Positions 18,937 to 22,276 of a DNA stretch of 22,276 nt are shown piece after piece. Made by a program: the position numbers and the translations under genes. The stretch is taken from assembly GCF_006345805.1 (NCBI RefSeq), contig NW_021836756.1:1-22276 (forward strand). The letters are read 5' to 3'. Source of the DNA: Octopus sinensis (taxonomy: Eukaryota). Position 1 is the stretch's first letter. Each line of letters starts with the position of its first letter. A model generated the notes under the pieces. That model was not told the DNA's origin, ran no database searches, and saw only the letters and a program-made list of their open reading frames with translations.

Positions 18937-19218
18937 GGCCCCCGTGCCGGTGGCACATAAAAAGCACCATCCGATCGTGGCCGTTTGCCAGCCTCGTCTG
19001 GCACCTGTGCCTCGTCTGGCACCTGTGCCGGTTGCACGTAAAAAGCACCCACTACACTCATGGAGTGGTTGGCGTTAGGAAGGGCATCCAGCCGTAGAAA
19101 CATTGCCAGATCAAACTGGGCCTGGTGCAGCCTTCTGGCTTCCCAGACCCCAGTTGAACCATCCAACCCATGCTAGCATGGAAAGCGGATGCTAAACGAT
19201 GATGATGCTGATGATGAT
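18936..19218 (+). mobile_element. SINE-like family C with 5' units
   Basis: 'gtgccggtggcacataaaaagcacc', a local duplication of 'cctcgtctggcacctgtg', then the core and (GAT)n tail. Confidence 0.85.
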
Positions 19219-19695
19219 ATATATATATAGATATTATATATACTATATCTATCTATCTATCTATATATAATATATATAATTATATATATATATATATATA
19301 TATATACCTCCCGTTGGAGGTATAAGAAGTTTTTAACGGCGGTGCATCAGCATGGCTGCAGCTCTGAGCTGATACTAGAAAAAAAAATATAAGGGGAAGT
19401 AAGAAGAAAAATAAGTGAAAATGCACATTGGGAATAAAAAAAGTAAAGGCTTTTTATGAAAAGTAACGATAGACATATACAATTAGATGAACTGAGGTAG
19501 GAATAAAAGTAATAAAGGTCATTGTTGTGAATCGTTAAAGAGATTCAAAAGCATACCGGTTTCGTGAATTTACTAATCATTGCTTTGAATGCACACCGAT
19601 TAGTGAACGGTGTCAGGTCTACCAGTCCCTGAGTGAAACGATTACGTGTAAGGGAGGTAAGTAGTTCCGGATTTGGTGCAATTAGGGTAGATATA

Positions 19696-19831
19696 GAAGA
19701 AGAAGAAGAAGAAGAAGAAGAAGAAGAAGAAGAAGAAGAAGAAGAAGAAGAAGAAGAAGAAGAGAAGAAGAAGTATATTAAGCAATTCCCTGGTAACTCC
19801 AATCTCCATAATAATAATAATAATAATAATA

Positions 19832-19870
<39 letters not shown>

Positions 19871-20035
19871 TGATGATGATAACAACAATAACAACAACAA
19901 CAAAAACAACAACAACAATAATAACTTTAATACTGGCTGTAATAATAATTTTGTTACTATGCATTCTAGCAATGACAATTATAATAGTAATGATAGTAAT
20001 AATACTAATGATAGTAATAATAATAATAATTATAC
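19696..20035. repeat. Compound trinucleotide tract: (AGA)n, (AAT)n, (ATG)n, (ACA)n
   Basis: Direct inspection; source of the poly-Glu, poly-Ser and poly-Ile ORFs. Confidence 0.95.
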
Positions 20036-20168
20036 GAATGTGGGCCATTATCTTCGTAATAATAAAAGTGCTACATTGATATGACTATACTTAACAATGG
20101 TAATAATATCAGCAATGATAATAATGACAGTGATTATACCGGTAATAAAAATATACTCTTGAGGAGTA

Positions 20169-20345
20169 GGTGCAGGAGTGGCTGTGTGGTAAGTAGCTTG
20201 CTTACCCACCACATGGTTCCAGGTTCAGTCCCACTGCATGGCACCTTGGGCAAGTGTCTTCTGCTATAGCCTCGGGCCGACCAAAGCCTTGTGAGTGGAT
20301 TTGGTAGATGGAAACTGAAAGAAGCCCATTGTATATATGTATATA

Positions 20346-20381
<36 letters not shown>

Positions 20382-20594
20382 TTTGTTTGTGTGTCTGTGT
20401 TTGTACCCCCAGCATCGCTTGACAATGCTTGTGTGTTTATGTCCTCATAACTTAGTGGTTCGGCAAAAGAGACCGATAGAATAAGTACTAGGCTTACAAA
20501 GAATAAGTCCTGGGGTCGATTTGCTCGACTAAAGGCGGTGCTCCGGCATGACCACAGTCAAATGACTTAAACAAGTAAAAGAGTAAAAGAGTAA

Positions 20595-20596
<2 letters not shown>
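20169..20596 (+). mobile_element. SINE family A, full length, tail running into (AAT)n
   Basis: Colinear with 4574-5001. Confidence 0.9.
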
Positions 20597-20629
<33 letters not shown>

Positions 20630-20636
20630 TAATAAA

Positions 20637-20671
<35 letters not shown>

Positions 20672-20710
20672 TAATAATAATAATAACAATGATGGTAGTA
20701 CTAGTAATAA

Positions 20711-20898
20711 AGGTTTCAAGTTTAGGCACGGAGCCAGCAGTTTTTCAGGGGGAGTAAGTTGAATACATCAACCCTTGTAGTGGCACTTTCTTTATTGACC
20801 CCAAAAAGATGAAATGCAAAATTGGCCACAGGGGAATTTGAACTCAGCACATAAGCATTTTACCCAGCCTGCTAATGATTCTGCTAGCCCACCACCTT
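20711..20898 (-). mobile_element. Diverged family B-related SINE
   Basis: 'gacccc.aaaagatgaaatgcaaa...gaatttgaactcag...cattttacccagcctgctaatgattctgctagcccaccacctta' is a degenerate reverse complement of the family B head and central domain. Confidence 0.6.
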
Positions 20899-20934
20899 AG
20901 TACTTTTAATTATAATAAGATATTAATAATGCTT

Positions 20935-21138
20935 TCTACTATATGCACAAGGCCTGCAATTTCAGGGGAGGAGGTAAGATAATTTACATCAATACCACTG
21001 CTCAACCAGTAGTGTCCATGAAAGGATGAAAGGCAAAGCTGACCTTGGTGGAATTTGAACTCTGGATGTTTAGACAGACAAAATACCACCAAGCATTTTG
21101 TCCAGCATGCTAACAATCCCATCAGGTCTCCACCTTAG
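20935..21138 (-). mobile_element. Diverged family B-related SINE
   Basis: 'aaaggatgaaaggcaaagctgaccttggtggaatttgaactc...gcatgctaacaat...ccacctta' is the reverse complement of family B. Confidence 0.65.
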
Positions 21139-21614
21139 TTGTACTAGTAATAATGATAAAGCATCTCTTATTATAAAAGGCAGATTTTATCTGCCTCCCT
21201 TTGTCAGTTATAGAAATCTACAATATAGGATTTCTTCAATTACAATTTACCTAGCATTTTTAAGAGTAGAATGCATCGGGTTTTGCCAGTCCAGTTTTTA
21301 AAATTTAAACTCCAATTAAGCAAAATTTACAGAAAACTCACATTCTGGTGGTATGTCAAATGCTTTTCTTAGTCTGGTTTACAGCACACGCAAACGCACA
21401 CACACAGTGTGCAACGAATAAATTGAAACTAGATGTAATATTTGTTTCTGTCTATCACGCTGATAGATACATGAGTAAAATGTATGGCAAGCTAACAGAT
21501 AAGAGTGAGTGAAAATGTTCTGGAAGAAAGTAAATAGCGACAGAGTGATTTGAGGAAGGCTAAACTGAAAGTATGAAACAGTGTTTATGTATAAACAGAC
21601 GACACTTATATAAA

Positions 21615-21940
21615 CCCTTTCGTTACCAAACCGCCCAAATTTACCTATTCATATTTAAATGAGATATATCAGAGTAAATCTCTTTAGTACATTCGTGAAA
21701 CACGTATTATACTTCGTAAACACTTCAAATACAGTTTTGTACAAAAATCGAAGTGTAATTTTAATTCCGTGAATTATGGGAGATTTTTTTCCGAAATTTG
21801 TTCCTATTGTGTTTTCAAAATTTGTAATTCTGACAAAAAATGGATACGAATTTCATTATATCAAGCAGCGAGTCAGAATTCGAAGGATTTTCTACTGAAG
21901 ACCTTCATAAATCTAACTCTATGACTGAAAAAAAAAAAGC
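21615..21940 (+). mobile_element. Possible piggyBac-like 5' end
   Basis: 'taaa|ccctttcgttacc' resembles TTAA|CCC termini. ATG at 21840 opens MDTNFIISSSESEFEGFSTEDL, an acidic Ser-rich stretch like piggyBac-family N-termini. No right end is visible. Confidence 0.35.
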
Positions 21941-21941
21941 A

Positions 21942-22276
21942 TCTTTATATAAGAGTGAAGTTGTGTGTCTGTCTCCGACGATTTAGATTCGTAACTACTC
22001 CCACATTTTGTGGTGCAGTTTAACCAAAGCGGGTATCTTATATAGTCGTGATTCATATCGAGCCCTTCTGGGTATTAGCATGCATCTATCTACGATGAGT
22101 CTACGATTTAAAAAAAAATTTACCATCATATTTTCCATTTTAATGCATTTTTTTTCGCTTTTATATAAGGGAAGTAACTCTCTAAAAATATCTACGATGT
22201 GTCAACGATTTAAAAAAAAATTTACCTTAATTTTTTTTCAATTTTTAATGCATTTTTTTTTGCTTTTTTTTGGCTA
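21942..22276 (+). mobile_element. Probable non-autonomous Helitron 5' portion (runs off the window)
   Basis: A|TC start 'a|tctttatataagagtgaagttgtgtgtctgtctcc' resembles Helitron 5' ends, and there is an internal ~102-bp tandem unit ('atctacgatg...tttaaaaaaaaatttacc' at 22088 and 22190). The 3' CTRR end is not visible. Confidence 0.5.

Overview
AT-rich, microsatellite-dense eukaryotic (non-microbial) DNA. The repeat families and composition look like an octopus genome; this is inferred and was not database-checked. No complete protein-coding gene can be supported, and most long ORFs in the track are translations of simple repeats. The window is a stack of mobile-element remnants: four recurring SINE-like families (called A-D here), degenerate hAT, mariner, Tc1 and CR1/L2 coding remnants, and probable Helentron, Helitron and piggyBac pieces. 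The best finds are: (1) a minimal type I hammerhead ribozyme of the Penelope/retrozyme kind on the minus strand at 9644-9681; (2) an internally deleted Tc1 element with both TIRs, flanked by a 78-bp direct duplication rather than only TA; (3) a 195-bp SINE tandem array with A-B-B-A variant order; (4) an 89-bp-arm AT-rich palindrome; (5) a tRNA-SINE head joined to a CR1 3' end, with a 7-bp flanking duplication. A few short unique islands have splice-like borders and may be exons of an unidentified host gene, at low confidence.
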